Assembly (NCBI GenBank): GCA_050273025.1
Contig: CP158635.1
Span: 13,268,001-13,332,000 of the forward strand
Origin: Cenococcum geophilum
Lineage: Eukaryota
Direction of reading: 5' to 3'
Length of the DNA: 64,000 nucleotides
The first letter of the stretch is position 1; the number at the start of each line of letters is the position of its first letter. Shown here one piece after another: positions 22,376-34,119 of this stretch. Below the pieces are notes generated by a model that saw nothing but the letters and a program-made list of their open reading frames with translations, had not been told where the DNA came from and did not search any database. Both the position numbers and the translations under genes were made by a program.

Positions 22376-23766
22376 ATGTGGGACGGTCTATTTATGCTGC
22401 TCACTTTGAGCACGGTAATGGCAGTTGCGTGAGTACCAAGATAAACCCATCTCGATAACAAGCTTGGGTCCAGAAGCTAATAATTATGCTTGTAATAGCT
22501 CCTTTCTTGCCGGCGCTCTTCCTCTATCCTTCGCCCTGTCGCCACGACAGTTGCGATTCATATCTGCACTAGGGACAGGTGTCCTAGTTGGGACAGCACT
22601 CATTGTTATCATACCCGAAGGGATTGAAACTTTGTACAGTGCAGGGGGGAAGGGGCAGTCACATTCCCACGCAGAGAGGGCGATCGAAGTTCAAGAGTTC
22701 CCCAGCGAAGGCGTGAATATCCGGGCTATACATCCCTCTATCCGTTCTTCAACACGAGATCGACGTTCTGTTGAAGACTCCCTTAAACTTGGGGCTATCA
22801 AAGCTCCGTCAATAATAGTTAGAGCATCCCTCCAGGGCGACGACGACTCCACAGAAGGACACGAAGATGGCAAAGACCGTACCCACGGACCCACAGATGA
22901 GAACTCGTCTGATTCACCAGAAGACGAAAATCATGGGCGCGAACCCCATGCCTGGGTTGGTGTATCACTAGTCTTGGGTTTCATCCTCATGTATTTGGTG
23001 GATGTCCTTCCAGATGCTTTAGCGCCTGCTCAACCCAAGTATCGTCCATTGCATATTTCGCTATCGAACCTCTCCCGAGGGCCGCACCATTCTACCTCGC
23101 CAACGATCCCTTCCTCACCTCCTCCAGGGCCAGAACCTCCTGTGGCGCGTTCGTCCGCAACAACCATCGGCCTCGTAATCCATGCTTTCGCAGACGGAAT
23201 TGCTTTGGGCGCGTCAACCACTGCGCCCTCGACCTCTCTCTCTTTAATCATCTTCTTGGCCATAATGCTGCACAAAGCACCTGCGGCGTTCGGACTCACC
23301 TCAGTACTCCTCAAGCAGGGAACCTCCAAGCGGATCGCAAGAACCCATCTCATATTGTTTAGTCTGGCAGCTCCAGCTGGAGCCATGGTAACCTGGTGTG
23401 CAGTTCACCTCCTTGGCCGTGCCAGGCTAGGCGGAGACGATGGCCTAACATGGGCGACAGGGTGCGTGCTGCTGTTCTCCGGAGGAACATTTTTGTAAGT
23501 CTTTCCCTTTCAAGTTAAACCTAAGATAAGCATCTTATTAATTTGTTTGCATAAAAAGGTATGTTGCCATGCACTCGATGAACGAATCCGCTGCCACTGG
23601 TCACTCGTACGACCATGAGACTGGCTCGAACGGCTACGCGGACGGTTCGCTCGGCGTGGCATACGCACGGCCTCACGCGAAGAACCCGCCCGCAGTGAGC
23701 GAAATTGTAGTCGCCGTAATAGGAATGCTTGTTCCACTAGTGACACAGGTGGGGCATGTGCATTAA
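22376..23766 (+). CDS. ZIP-family metal transporter (Atx2/ZIP9-like), 3 exons
   Basis: SFLAGALPL, GVLVGTALIVIIPEG, GLVIHAFADGIALGA, LHKAPAAFGL, LFSGGTFLYVAMH. Confidence 0.92.
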
Positions 23767-24175
23767 AGGTGATATTCGGGGTCATTTTTGGTGTTACGCT
23801 AGGTAAAAGAGAAGAGATATCATGTATTTGTTAGCTGTTCGGCACTATGAGGAGTTATCTATGGAGTATGAAATATGTTCGCGATAGAATTAGCTTATTT
23901 CAAGATTCTAGGTCCTTTCTTCTCCAAAGAGAACGGTTGGAGATGAATATGGAACTTGAAACGGTAAGAAGATGCGTATCCAAGTTCAATGTTGCGTCCA
24001 CACTGATTTAAATGCTCTTCATGAATATATATATATATCCCTCAACCTCAACTTCTACTGAAAGGCCTTTAACAGAGCTACTAGATTGCAAGTCTCTGCC
24101 TCGAAGGCCATGCAAGACCAAAAATCGCATTCCAACAACACAGTTCGCCAGGCAAAGAGATACACAAAAATTTGA

Positions 24176-24256
24176 AGCTGGATGCGGGACTTGAACCCGC
24201 CCTTGAGGTGGTCTTTTTTTAAGAGCCACACGCTCTACTGATTGATCTAACCCAGC
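24176..24256 (-). tRNA. tRNA-Lys(CTT), intron-containing, degenerate (probable pseudogene)
   Basis: GCTGGGT/ATCCAGC acceptor stem, CTCTTA anticodon loop, GCGGG-TTCAAGT-CCCGC T arm, T5 terminator just downstream. D-stem and anticodon-stem mismatches and a short variable loop. Confidence 0.75.
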
Positions 24257-25581
24257 AACTGGTGGTAGAAAATTTTATTGATATATGACTGTAGATTTTG
24301 GCGTGTGCTGTAGATATCCCAGCGTCTCGGTTGCAAATGCCTAACTAGGGTATCCACTCGTGCCACTTAGTACCCTCGCCAACACAATTTAAAAAAGAGA
24401 AGATACTACGGGGAAAGCCGAGGTATCAACTCGAAAAACCGCAATTCACCATCGGGAGGGCGCAAGAGTTTCCGACAAGAATAAGTATATTACATATGGT
24501 TAGGGATACTTTGCAGCTTACATCAAATCGGCTGGTGCCGATCACTACTATATTGGGTTAGATCAGGGTTTCCTATAACTCATCTATTTCATGTATATAG
24601 TCTCTTTTCTTCATAGATCAATCTACACACGAGTTCGTTCGACAGCTCTTGACGCTATCCACAGTCCATTAATTGTATTCCTCGGATCTTACTTGAACTG
24701 CCACCAGGAGGATCTCACTTATTTAGGGTCGGGGAAATAAAGGGTAAAGTGCCAGGATAGGAGACGCTTGTCCCGAGTTGAGATAATGGTATCCAACAAG
24801 TGGACACCTAGAGAGAAATGTCACTTCACCTGTGCCATACTCTCTGAATGCTTAAGATAAACAGAACGAGGTGTATAGAGTAGCCCTTATTGATGAGTTC
24901 AATCACATACGCGGCGTTCTAGCTGCTCGACGTCTAGATTTCATCCAAGAAGTCTACGTTTGAGATGCCTACATTCCAAGGCTTCATTACATTAGCTAAC
25001 TTAGTTGTATATCGTCACATCACCACGTCATCGTCTAGTGCACTAATCCTAATCTGTAACACTACTATGACATGATATTTTGGTTCCTGAAGTTTACTTC
25101 CGAGGCCTCTATGAAAACTTGTAATACCACCCGCTCAATTAACTCTTCTGGGGGAGCAATCTCATTAGTAGAAATAGCTATCGCTGCATGGCTTGTGGTA
25201 AGAGTTGGAGAATGAAGCATCGAAACAAAAAGGTCGGAATGTGTATCGGGCAAGTGCTCAGCAAAGCTCACCCGCCTTCGCAAGTTAAAATCATACAATG
25301 GTGTCATTTTAATGCCTTGCCGAAGTACCGAAAGAGATATACATGGAGAAATGAGCTAATTAGCCTAGAACAGCCTCATCCAATTAGGACTAAGTCAACT
25401 CCGAAGGTGCCAAATTACGAAAACACCGTATTGTCTCTCTACAAGCCATTTTCTCTAGATGCTCCTCTCATTGCTTACTAACAATTCCGTTCATCTTCAG
25501 TTTCAATTGCACAAAGACCCGCAGAATGAATACACAATATGATACGTGAGCCCGAGGTCCCAAACGCCGTTACATAATATA

Positions 25582-28500
25582 TCATTTCCTCGAACTAGCC
25601 ATCTCACCGTATCTGCCTCTTTCACGTGTAGTATCATAGGCTTGTAATACTCTAGCCTGCGATTCGTCTGTTTGTGAAAAAGCGTATCCTCGCTGCTTGC
25701 GCATGCGTTGTACTTGTCGGACTTTGCGGATGGCTTTCTGGAACTGCTCCATCCTATAGACACGTCAGTATGAAAGAGTGAAGGTATTTGAAGGAATACG
25801 GACCGTGGGCGGTAATCTTGAATGTTATATTTCTGAATCTCCTGAATGTGATGATAGGCTTGCGGATAATACATGCGCTTGGCACTACACACCAATGTCA
25901 GCATAGTCCATATTTCTGCAAGGAATCAAGAACTCACTATTTCCATGCAAAATCCCTAGTCAAGCACAGTGCTGGAAGTACAAGCCCCATAAGCCAAAAG
26001 ACAGGGCTTGGAAACAGTCTCGGGATAACCCCTGTATACTCGGTCGAGAATCCTAGTTTCGGAGCCACGGTCCCATAAACTGGCAAGAATATCATCCAAA
26101 CAACCATGCTTCCCGGAATAGCTAATACTGTATACTTGGTCCATATATTCGTTATCAATGCCGCCTTGCCTAGCACTGTCGCTAGAGCCGCAGTGTACAA
26201 TGCTGCACCCCATACCCAATGACCTGCGTTCTTGCCGTCACTTTGTGGCAGATCCCATAAGAATATGGCCTGGGAGACGAAGTAGAGGATCATGGAGTGA
26301 TAGAAGCCATTGAGAATCCAAGACCAGAAGGAGTGCATTTTGAAGAAAACCCCCTTTTGGCTAAGTTGGTACAATTGTGGATAGCGATCGAGAAGGCGAG
26401 CGCTAACGAATTGGTCGAAGATACCGAGCACAAAGGGCGGTAGAAAGGTGAAGAAGACATTGTAAAAGGAGAGAGTCCACGATTCATATATGACTTGACC
26501 TGAGAAACTATTTTGGAAGGAGTACTAGTGTGCATTAGAAAAAGATATTCTCAACGATTATACGGAGGATGGAAGGAAGGAGCATACCCAAAACTGTGTC
26601 ATGAAAAGTGCTATGTTCTTGTAGAACGAGTATAGGATCACTTTGCTGATTCGCTGGTAGCTCCAGGAACCGTGAACGAGGAGCAGCTTGCGCAGATAGC
26701 GGAATTGCCCGATCGCAACATCAGCGCTTCGAGCGGCTTGAAGGCCCTCAACGCCGCTAATACCGACGCCAACATGTGCAGCTTGTATCATAGAAACATC
26801 GTTTGCTCCGTCGCCGATAGCGAGAAGAATGGCCTTTAGGTGACGCTTTACAAGTTTCACAACCAGGGCCTTTTGCAGAGGGGAGACACGACTCAGGAAG
26901 GGGTCAGCACTATGAGCAAGAGAGATGATATTCAGTGGACTTACCAACATATGACGGCTTTGCACATCACTGCAAGCTCCAGGAACATTTTCTCTATATC
27001 TCGCTCTAGCGCAAACGTGAGAGACTTGCCATCAATAACGAGAGCTAGAACATCCATCTCGATACCGCCGGCGGATTGGCTCTTAATCGCGTTTAGTTTC
27101 TTAGACAAGTTGTCTCTCGTTGCCTCCGCGGTATTTTCATTCACGATAAGAAGCGTCATGTCCTCACTTATCAGCTTGCAGCTCATGCCAATATTTATAG
27201 CTGTTTCCTGACGATCGCCAGTCAATACCCAGATCTTGATACCAGCGGATTGCAGTGTGTGAATTGTATCTGGAACGCCATCTTGCAATTTGTCTTCAAT
27301 GGCGGTTGCTCCCAGGAGTGTAAGTTCCCGTTCTATAAGCTCGGCAGCTTTGTCCAGTTCTTCGGCACGATTCCCGCTAACAGTTGTTTGCGCTGTATTG
27401 AAGACGTGCCACCAGTCTTGAAACTCGCTTTCTGGAACTTCTCGCATCGCCAAACAAAGTGTACGGAGGCCATCTGCAGCATATTCTTCCAAGTGCTGTA
27501 ATGTAGGCTCCACAAACGGATTGTCTTTCGCAAGGCGCTCCAAGATGACCGTATCCGCACCTTTGCAATAGCACCTAATCTTGCCGTCCGGACATCGGAA
27601 TATTGTTGACATCCGTTTCCTGGTAGAATTAAACTCGCAGACTGCAAGCAGTTCATACTCACGCTCCTGGCCCTCCACAAGGATGGTAACAGAGCGTGGT
27701 TTTCTGGCAATAAATCTATAGCCTAGCATGACTGCCCCTTCGACGAGCGCGCCCTCATCGGGAGAAGCTGCTTGATATTTGATGTCGCCGGTCTTTTCGT
27801 CGCCTCTTTCTGGAATAACAGTGTGACAAGTTGCTAGGAGGGTGAGAAAATGATTGATGATCTCTCGCGAAGCGTGAGCTTGCCGATTCTCTGCAAGCCT
27901 CTTGAAGTCATGGATCCCAATTTCCTGACCATCCTGAATTGTTGCTCTTCTGTCCTCTGGAACCTCGTCGGCGTATTGGATTCCTGCAATAGAACTTTGC
28001 CTGAACTCCATCTGGTTACAAGTTAGAGTACCTGTTTTATCGGAGAAAATGTACTCGATCTGACCCAGTTCTTCCACCAAGGAAGAAGTGCGGCAATTAG
28101 CCGGGGTATCCGTCTTGTCATAGTAGATGTCCAGGTCAGAGTCAATCAAAAAGGCCTGATAGTACTTGACAATTTCAATTGTAACGAAGAGAGAGATAGG
28201 AACCAGGTTAGAATAGAGAACCCAATAAGTGAAAATATCGGAGAAAAACTGCTGAGCAGCGTTGAAACTGCCATAGTCGAGATACTGCAGCTTTGAACTT
28301 GCCGTTTCTCTCACAACGAGATCGCCAATAGAACTGACCAAGCTGAGGGAAATCAGGATTGCTCCGAGCATTAGAATTTGGCGGTTTACCATCCTTTCAA
28401 CAGCGGTTTTCTTGATAGGTGTGGCTGTGGCATTTCTCATAAGTTTGGTTTCGTGTCCAGTGAAAACAGCGACTCCATGGATCCAAGGGGTGTTTCGAAG

Positions 28501-29871
28501 AGTAGCTCCACGCAATAGGAGCTGATCAGGTGCTAGCGAGAGCTCCTTCTCTCCTCCTCCAGTGTGGACGGTTAGTGTTGCCTCATAAGTATATAAACTA
28601 CTATTTGGCTGCTCGGACCGAATCTTTCCACCCAGCCTACTAAGTTCGGCAGGGCTGACAAGGTCTGCTGTTTCCGGGATAGCTTGCTTAATTTTAAGAT
28701 TTGTTTCCCCGTCCAGATTTGCAGTTTCAATGTAACATAATCCTTCCGGTTCAGAAGAAGCTAGAAGTACTAGATCCGCAGGGAAAGGCTCCTCAGACTC
28801 CACTCGCACAATGTCCCCTACTGCTACGTTGACCCACCGAGTATCCTGGAAGCTGGAACCCTTCAATACCCGTGCTTTAGAACCATTGAGTGACTTATCC
28901 GAGTGCTTCCGCCGATGATCTTCAACATACTCCTTTATTGCAGAGACTAAAAGCACAACACCGAGGGGAACGATAGTGGTGAACTTGTTTGTGGGTGAGA
29001 TGTTAGGTATCTGTTGTAGTATGGCAGTAAACAAGAAGAATAAGTTTGCGTATTTCGAGAACTGTTCAAAGAGGAATTTCGGTACGAACGTGGCGACATT
29101 GTATTTAGCAGTCGATATGTGATTGTCAACGTGCTTATTCGCCGCATTTGCGGGTGGGTTGTTCAGATGTATTATCCGTGGACCCAGTGTTGATGGATCT
29201 GGCTGTCCACGTCCGAAACCAAACTTGAATTTACCAGAACTGCGCCTCTTGCGCTTCGGATATTTTGCGCCAGCATCAAGACCTCCGCTGTCTGTCCGTG
29301 ACTCTCGAGCCCCTGCTTCCGTCAATGGAAGGTCCATTTCTGAGTATTCTGGTGCTCTTCCCAACATGTGCTTGGCTCGGCCGACCAAACCCCCACCCAG
29401 ACTCAGTATGCTGTTCCTGTTCTTTGCTATGGAAGCGCCGTGTGAAAGACCTGGGGTGGCCGCATCGTCAACTCCCCCAGAGGCATAGTAGCCCTGCATT
29501 GATCGGTCATCGTCGCCAATGTCGTCCGCGTCTGAATACCTCTGGTAGTTGTGTAACTCAGACGTCTGCGAGTATAACCTGCTTCCGCCAGAACCGTAAG
29601 GCTTAGGCTCAGGGGGTGACGCACCTGGTCCTCCTGGAAGACCAGCAGTCGACCTACCACCTCCGACAAAATCATCGTAGGAGACTGATGGTCGATGCTG
29701 AAGTTCAGGCTGGTGCGTCTCAGAGTCGTTTATATCGTATTGTCGCAATAAATCCTGATCGTTCACCGGCGCTCGTTGGCCAGAGGAGTAGGTAGGGTGC
29801 GAATCATCAAAGTCAAGCAGCAGGTCATCGTTGTTCGCTGAGGCCTGACTTCCAGGAGGCCTACCGGCCAT
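25582..29871 (-). CDS. DRS2: P4-type ATPase phospholipid flippase (5 exons)
   Basis: [58 protein letters not shown]-terminal [11 protein letters not shown]. Confidence 0.96.
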
Positions 29872-30709
29872 AGCGGCCAGATGCTTGTTGTAGGACTTTA
29901 TCCTCTCGCAATACCGCCGCGTACCGCAGAATCATCCAGGCAGATTGTGATCCACGCAGTGTCCTCCCTCTTCGGTTGTGGTCGTGTATGCGCTGATTGT
30001 GCTTTTGGTGTAGGTGAATAAATTCAAGGAAGTGGTTTCTTCGATCAGCAGCACAGCCTCCAGGCTTGGCTAACGTTTCGAGAGACGAGCTGTTTGAACA
30101 AGGTAAGAGTCGGCCAAACCGCGGGTACAAAAGAAGGGGCAATTCAAAGTAAATTCAAGAACTGCAAGCATCTTCAATCAGGCTTTCTTTTAAAGTGTAT
30201 GTTGGAGGTGACTTTGGGGCTGGCCTGTTCTACATAGGATTTAGCGCTCGGAGACAAAGGCTAAGCAAGCGCGCGTCAGTTCACAGAGGGTTCACAACGA
30301 CAAACTGACTAGACCCGATTTCACTTACTACTGAATGGTTTGAAATTTACATAGAGACAATATAGACAAGTAACTTACACAAGATCTTTGAAAAGAATGC
30401 GGCCTTCGCAAGATTTGCAGACCTTCTCTGGTTTATAAATATCCGAGCTGAACCCTGCACTGTCCATCCTTCGCAACTCTATCTCATTATAGTCTCATAA
30501 ATAACATCTGACTAGTAAGTTATAACGGGAGTTGATTTCTCTACTGACCTTGATTGAAGAGTAATTTACGGAAAGGTTCCCGTTTTATGCTTAGAAATCT
30601 CGCCATAGGGTTCTTGAATGGAAAGATCCAAAATGATGTTACAAATAGTTCTACACAAGATCCATAATTCTACGACCGCGCAAATCATATCTCATGCATT
30701 TGCGGTCCC

Positions 30710-31922
30710 TCATCTCTCTGCCAGCATGTTCCGTATAGCGTTCCAGTACCTCGGAGTAACAGTACTTTCTATCTCTTCCTTCGCTAACCACTTAAAATCT
30801 GAGAGCCCAAACTTGTTATTGGTCAAATTTGCTTGCCCAGCCATGATACGCGCCTTCATAAAGAAGACCTTTTCTCCTAGCTCCTCAACGTTTTTCTGCA
30901 GATCCGATCTTCTAGTCAGAAAATCGAAGCTGTAATGACCTATCGGCGCATTTCCAACAACCCACGTATTCATATTAAGGCCACCGGCTTGCACTAATAC
31001 TCGTTCTGCTGCCTGTATAATCCGTTAGCTACACTGTCCTATTTGAACCCTGAAAATGCTAGTCTGCTCACTTGATGCAAATTCTCCCTCCCCACCACCT
31101 TGTCGTCCGGAAACGTCCACCTGCCTTCTCTGTTCTTCACCAACAAATACAGACTTCTCTGTAACAGTCTGTCCAAACTCTTCACATCACCCCTTCTATC
31201 CGCTGCTGTAACCCTTGGCATTAGTTTCTCCACTGTTTCCGCCTTCCCCTTCTTAGAAGATACTTCAGGAACTTGTTCTCCACCAAATTTTATCCCATCC
31301 GGAGTTCCAATACCATCTCCATTTTCTTGCCCAGGTATCCCTGTAACAGGCGCCTCCGCATCCTTCAATAAACTCTCAACCTGCCATTCTGTCTCTGCCT
31401 CTTTAGCTCCTACGAGTACCTCATCATTCCAGCCTTCGTCTCCATACGCGTTGTAGACACCGATGTCCCTAGCGGGCGTAAGGCGTGTCTTAACTTTGCG
31501 CTTCCACTCAACATCAGCGGGTGTGCCCTTTTTAAAGTAGAAGTAGCGAGTAAAAGGTAGAGCCAACCGTTCGTTAAGGCGGCGCTGGTAAAGATAAAAG
31601 GCTTTTTCGAAGGGGTGGAGGTCCCGTGTTAGAATGGGTGGCCGTGAAAGGACGACTCCAGCTCGGACTTGGTAAGCTTGCTGTAGAGATATAGATGTGA
31701 CAGGATGTATATAAGACAGGTTGGCTTGTGCCTGGTTTTCTACTGCAGTGGTGGCTGCGGTTGCGTAGGTCCGCCGGGAGCGTTGGTGTTGGCAGGAGAA
31801 GCATACAGGGTCTTTTGCGGGCCAGCCTAGGAACGGTCAGTTGAAAGAATAATTATTAAGAGTATTGCATGCTAACCAGCCTTCGAGGCTAATTGCCTTG
31901 CGCTTTTTTGCCCAGTATTCAT
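30710..31922 (-). CDS. MRPL17: mitochondrial large ribosomal subunit protein mL46 (3 exons)
   Basis: AGVVLSRPPILTRDLHPFEKAFYLYQRRLNERL, PRVTAADRRGDVKSLDRLLQRSLYLLVK, NMNTWVVGNAPIGH, DFKWLAKEEI. Confidence 0.93.
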
Positions 31923-32649
31923 TTCTTCATTGCTCGATGTGCTGCGTTCAATTGATCCCGTCCTCAAGTTCAAGGAAAAGTCAAGATGCATCTACCTCCT
32001 CACGTGATCGCTAAGAAGCTCGGATGACACAAAACCTTTCTTGATGCTCCGTCTCAACTTTTCGTTCTCTTCTTCGCAATGGCATTTACTCCTTATCACC
32101 AATGGCTCATCATGCTCCAGAGGATATTGGTCATTTAAGAGTGCCAAGAGGAGAGTAGGGCAGTCTTTTTCGCTAGCGGTACCTTCAAAGTCTTCAAAGG
32201 CGTACAGCTAGATAGATCCTGCTCACATTTTGTCTTCAATCGTTATGGCTTGATTATGCATATCTTCAATTGTTATTTTCGATTTCATATATTACATAAC
32301 TTTGCACATTGCTTCTATTCCTTTCTAGGCAGATCTTAGTCCGAGATCTCCTTCCCTTCTACTAATAATTCCTTATATACTAGCTAATTAGTAGAAAGTA
32401 TTTGATACTGGATTGTTTAAATAATAAAATTAATTTCATGCAGACTGATATTATACATACCACTTTACTCGGGCAGCAACTTCCAAGCGGTGCACTGAGG
32501 TATGACATTCCTATTTGCCATAATGAACACGTCTTCAAGTATTTTTGCAACCTAAGTTACATAATTCAATATTGCTTACCAAACCTGCATGGTATCAGAG
32601 GTCATCCTTGATCACCAAGCTCACTTTGATTCTAATGTCTTTGAGGAAT

Positions 32650-33190
32650 ATTAAAGTCAGACAGATGTCCTTTCTAATCCCTCAAGAGCATCGTAACGCT
32701 TCGTCCTGCAATAGGGACAGATATGATTACCCCGCAAAGATTCAAGTAAACTTTGCAAAAATTGCGATCGCATGGTGCAAGAACAGCGTCATTGCATTTG
32801 AGGATCACATCCAAAGTGCGGAACGGTAATTCCCTGTATGTAACGGCGTATTCCTCCCCTCCAAAATCTTCATACTCCTCAAATTTTCTCTTGGTTTACA
32901 CGGTATACCCGTGTCAAATTTACGCTTCCAGTAGTATAGATTTTGCAGCACGATGTCTCTACCCATCCCAAATACCTCGGACGAAGCCTTTGTTTAGACC
33001 TAAGCCTTCGAAGTCTTCGCCTCCCACTCCCTCTCCGGTTTCTAGCAAGAAAATCTCAATCGAAATACCCAATTCCAAGGCCGCGCTCATATATCGGGAT
33101 GACCATACATCGCTGCTCCCCTCCTCGAATATTCCTTCAACCAGGAAATATGCAAACTCAATTCCAAAGTAGCGCCACTACATAGCTATA
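32650..33190 (-). pseudogene. possible decayed orphan gene
   Basis: One minus frame reads WRYFGIEFAYFLVEGIFEEG...GFVRGIWDG*RHRAAKSILLEA*I*HGYTV*TKRKFEEYEDF...; its internal stops are single C>T from CAG/CAA/CGA. Confidence 0.3.
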
Positions 33191-34119
33191 GCAGTGCCGT
33201 TAGGGGTTTGAAGTCAGCTAGGTATTTTTTAAGCCTTTAGCCGAATTTCCAAGTTCTTGGTTAGCTTAGGGATTTCAAAACCCGTTTAATTCCATGTTCT
33301 CTCCTTTTCACCAGCCTACATTTCTAAGCATACAATCAAGACTTCCCCCATCTACTCTGAGGCTTCATGTAGACCCTTCTCCGAGGCCCAGAAACACTTA
33401 AGGGCGCCTCTGGATAACACGGTGGAGATCATTTTCTTTTGTGTAATGTACTCTACTGTACATATTAGAACGGGAACCCCAAACATCATTCAGGCGTTGA
33501 AATTTTCTTCGCCGCTGGGAGAAAGTAGTGGCAACCATGAGATGTCTGGAACAATAAAAGTCCGTTACTATCGGAACACGAAGTATTTCTATTAATATAG
33601 CAGAAGACAACGCTGAGAAGCATGGCCTCGAAGGAAAATGAGGAAGAACTCTAGTGGTGGAATCTTAGCACTAGACATCCCGGATTTGTGAATGCACCGT
33701 ATCAAATCCATTCGATTATCGATTGATGACCTGCAGTCCTTTATTGAATATTTATTTCTAGGAAGAGGAAGTAGTAAACTAGAGCTATTTAGTTACAAAC
33801 AATTGTTAGAATGTAAGGCCCTTTAGGTTTAAAGGGCAACCTACAGACAGTATCTTACATGCCCACTGTGATACAAGGGAATTATTGAATGTCTGACCAA
33901 CCTCAACCCCCTGACAAATGCTGTACGCCCCTTAGTGTTTCGCCCTTCGTGGCGGACGTCGTATTTGCTGGTGGAAGGCTCTCGCTCGCTCAAGCTATCT
34001 AGTCGCCAAGCTAATGGCCCACTTCAGCGCTGACTGACAGCGCTGGCCACTTGTGCGGCTACTCTGCCGACAACATACACACTTGTGCTGCGTACGTACT
34101 GCGCCGAGCAAGCATCGCA

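Noticed and set aside
33651..33664. tagtggtggaatc as the inverted partner of the 8648 terminus-like motif
   Set aside because: Short imperfect match 25 kb away, in the wrong arrangement and across conserved core genes; likely chance.
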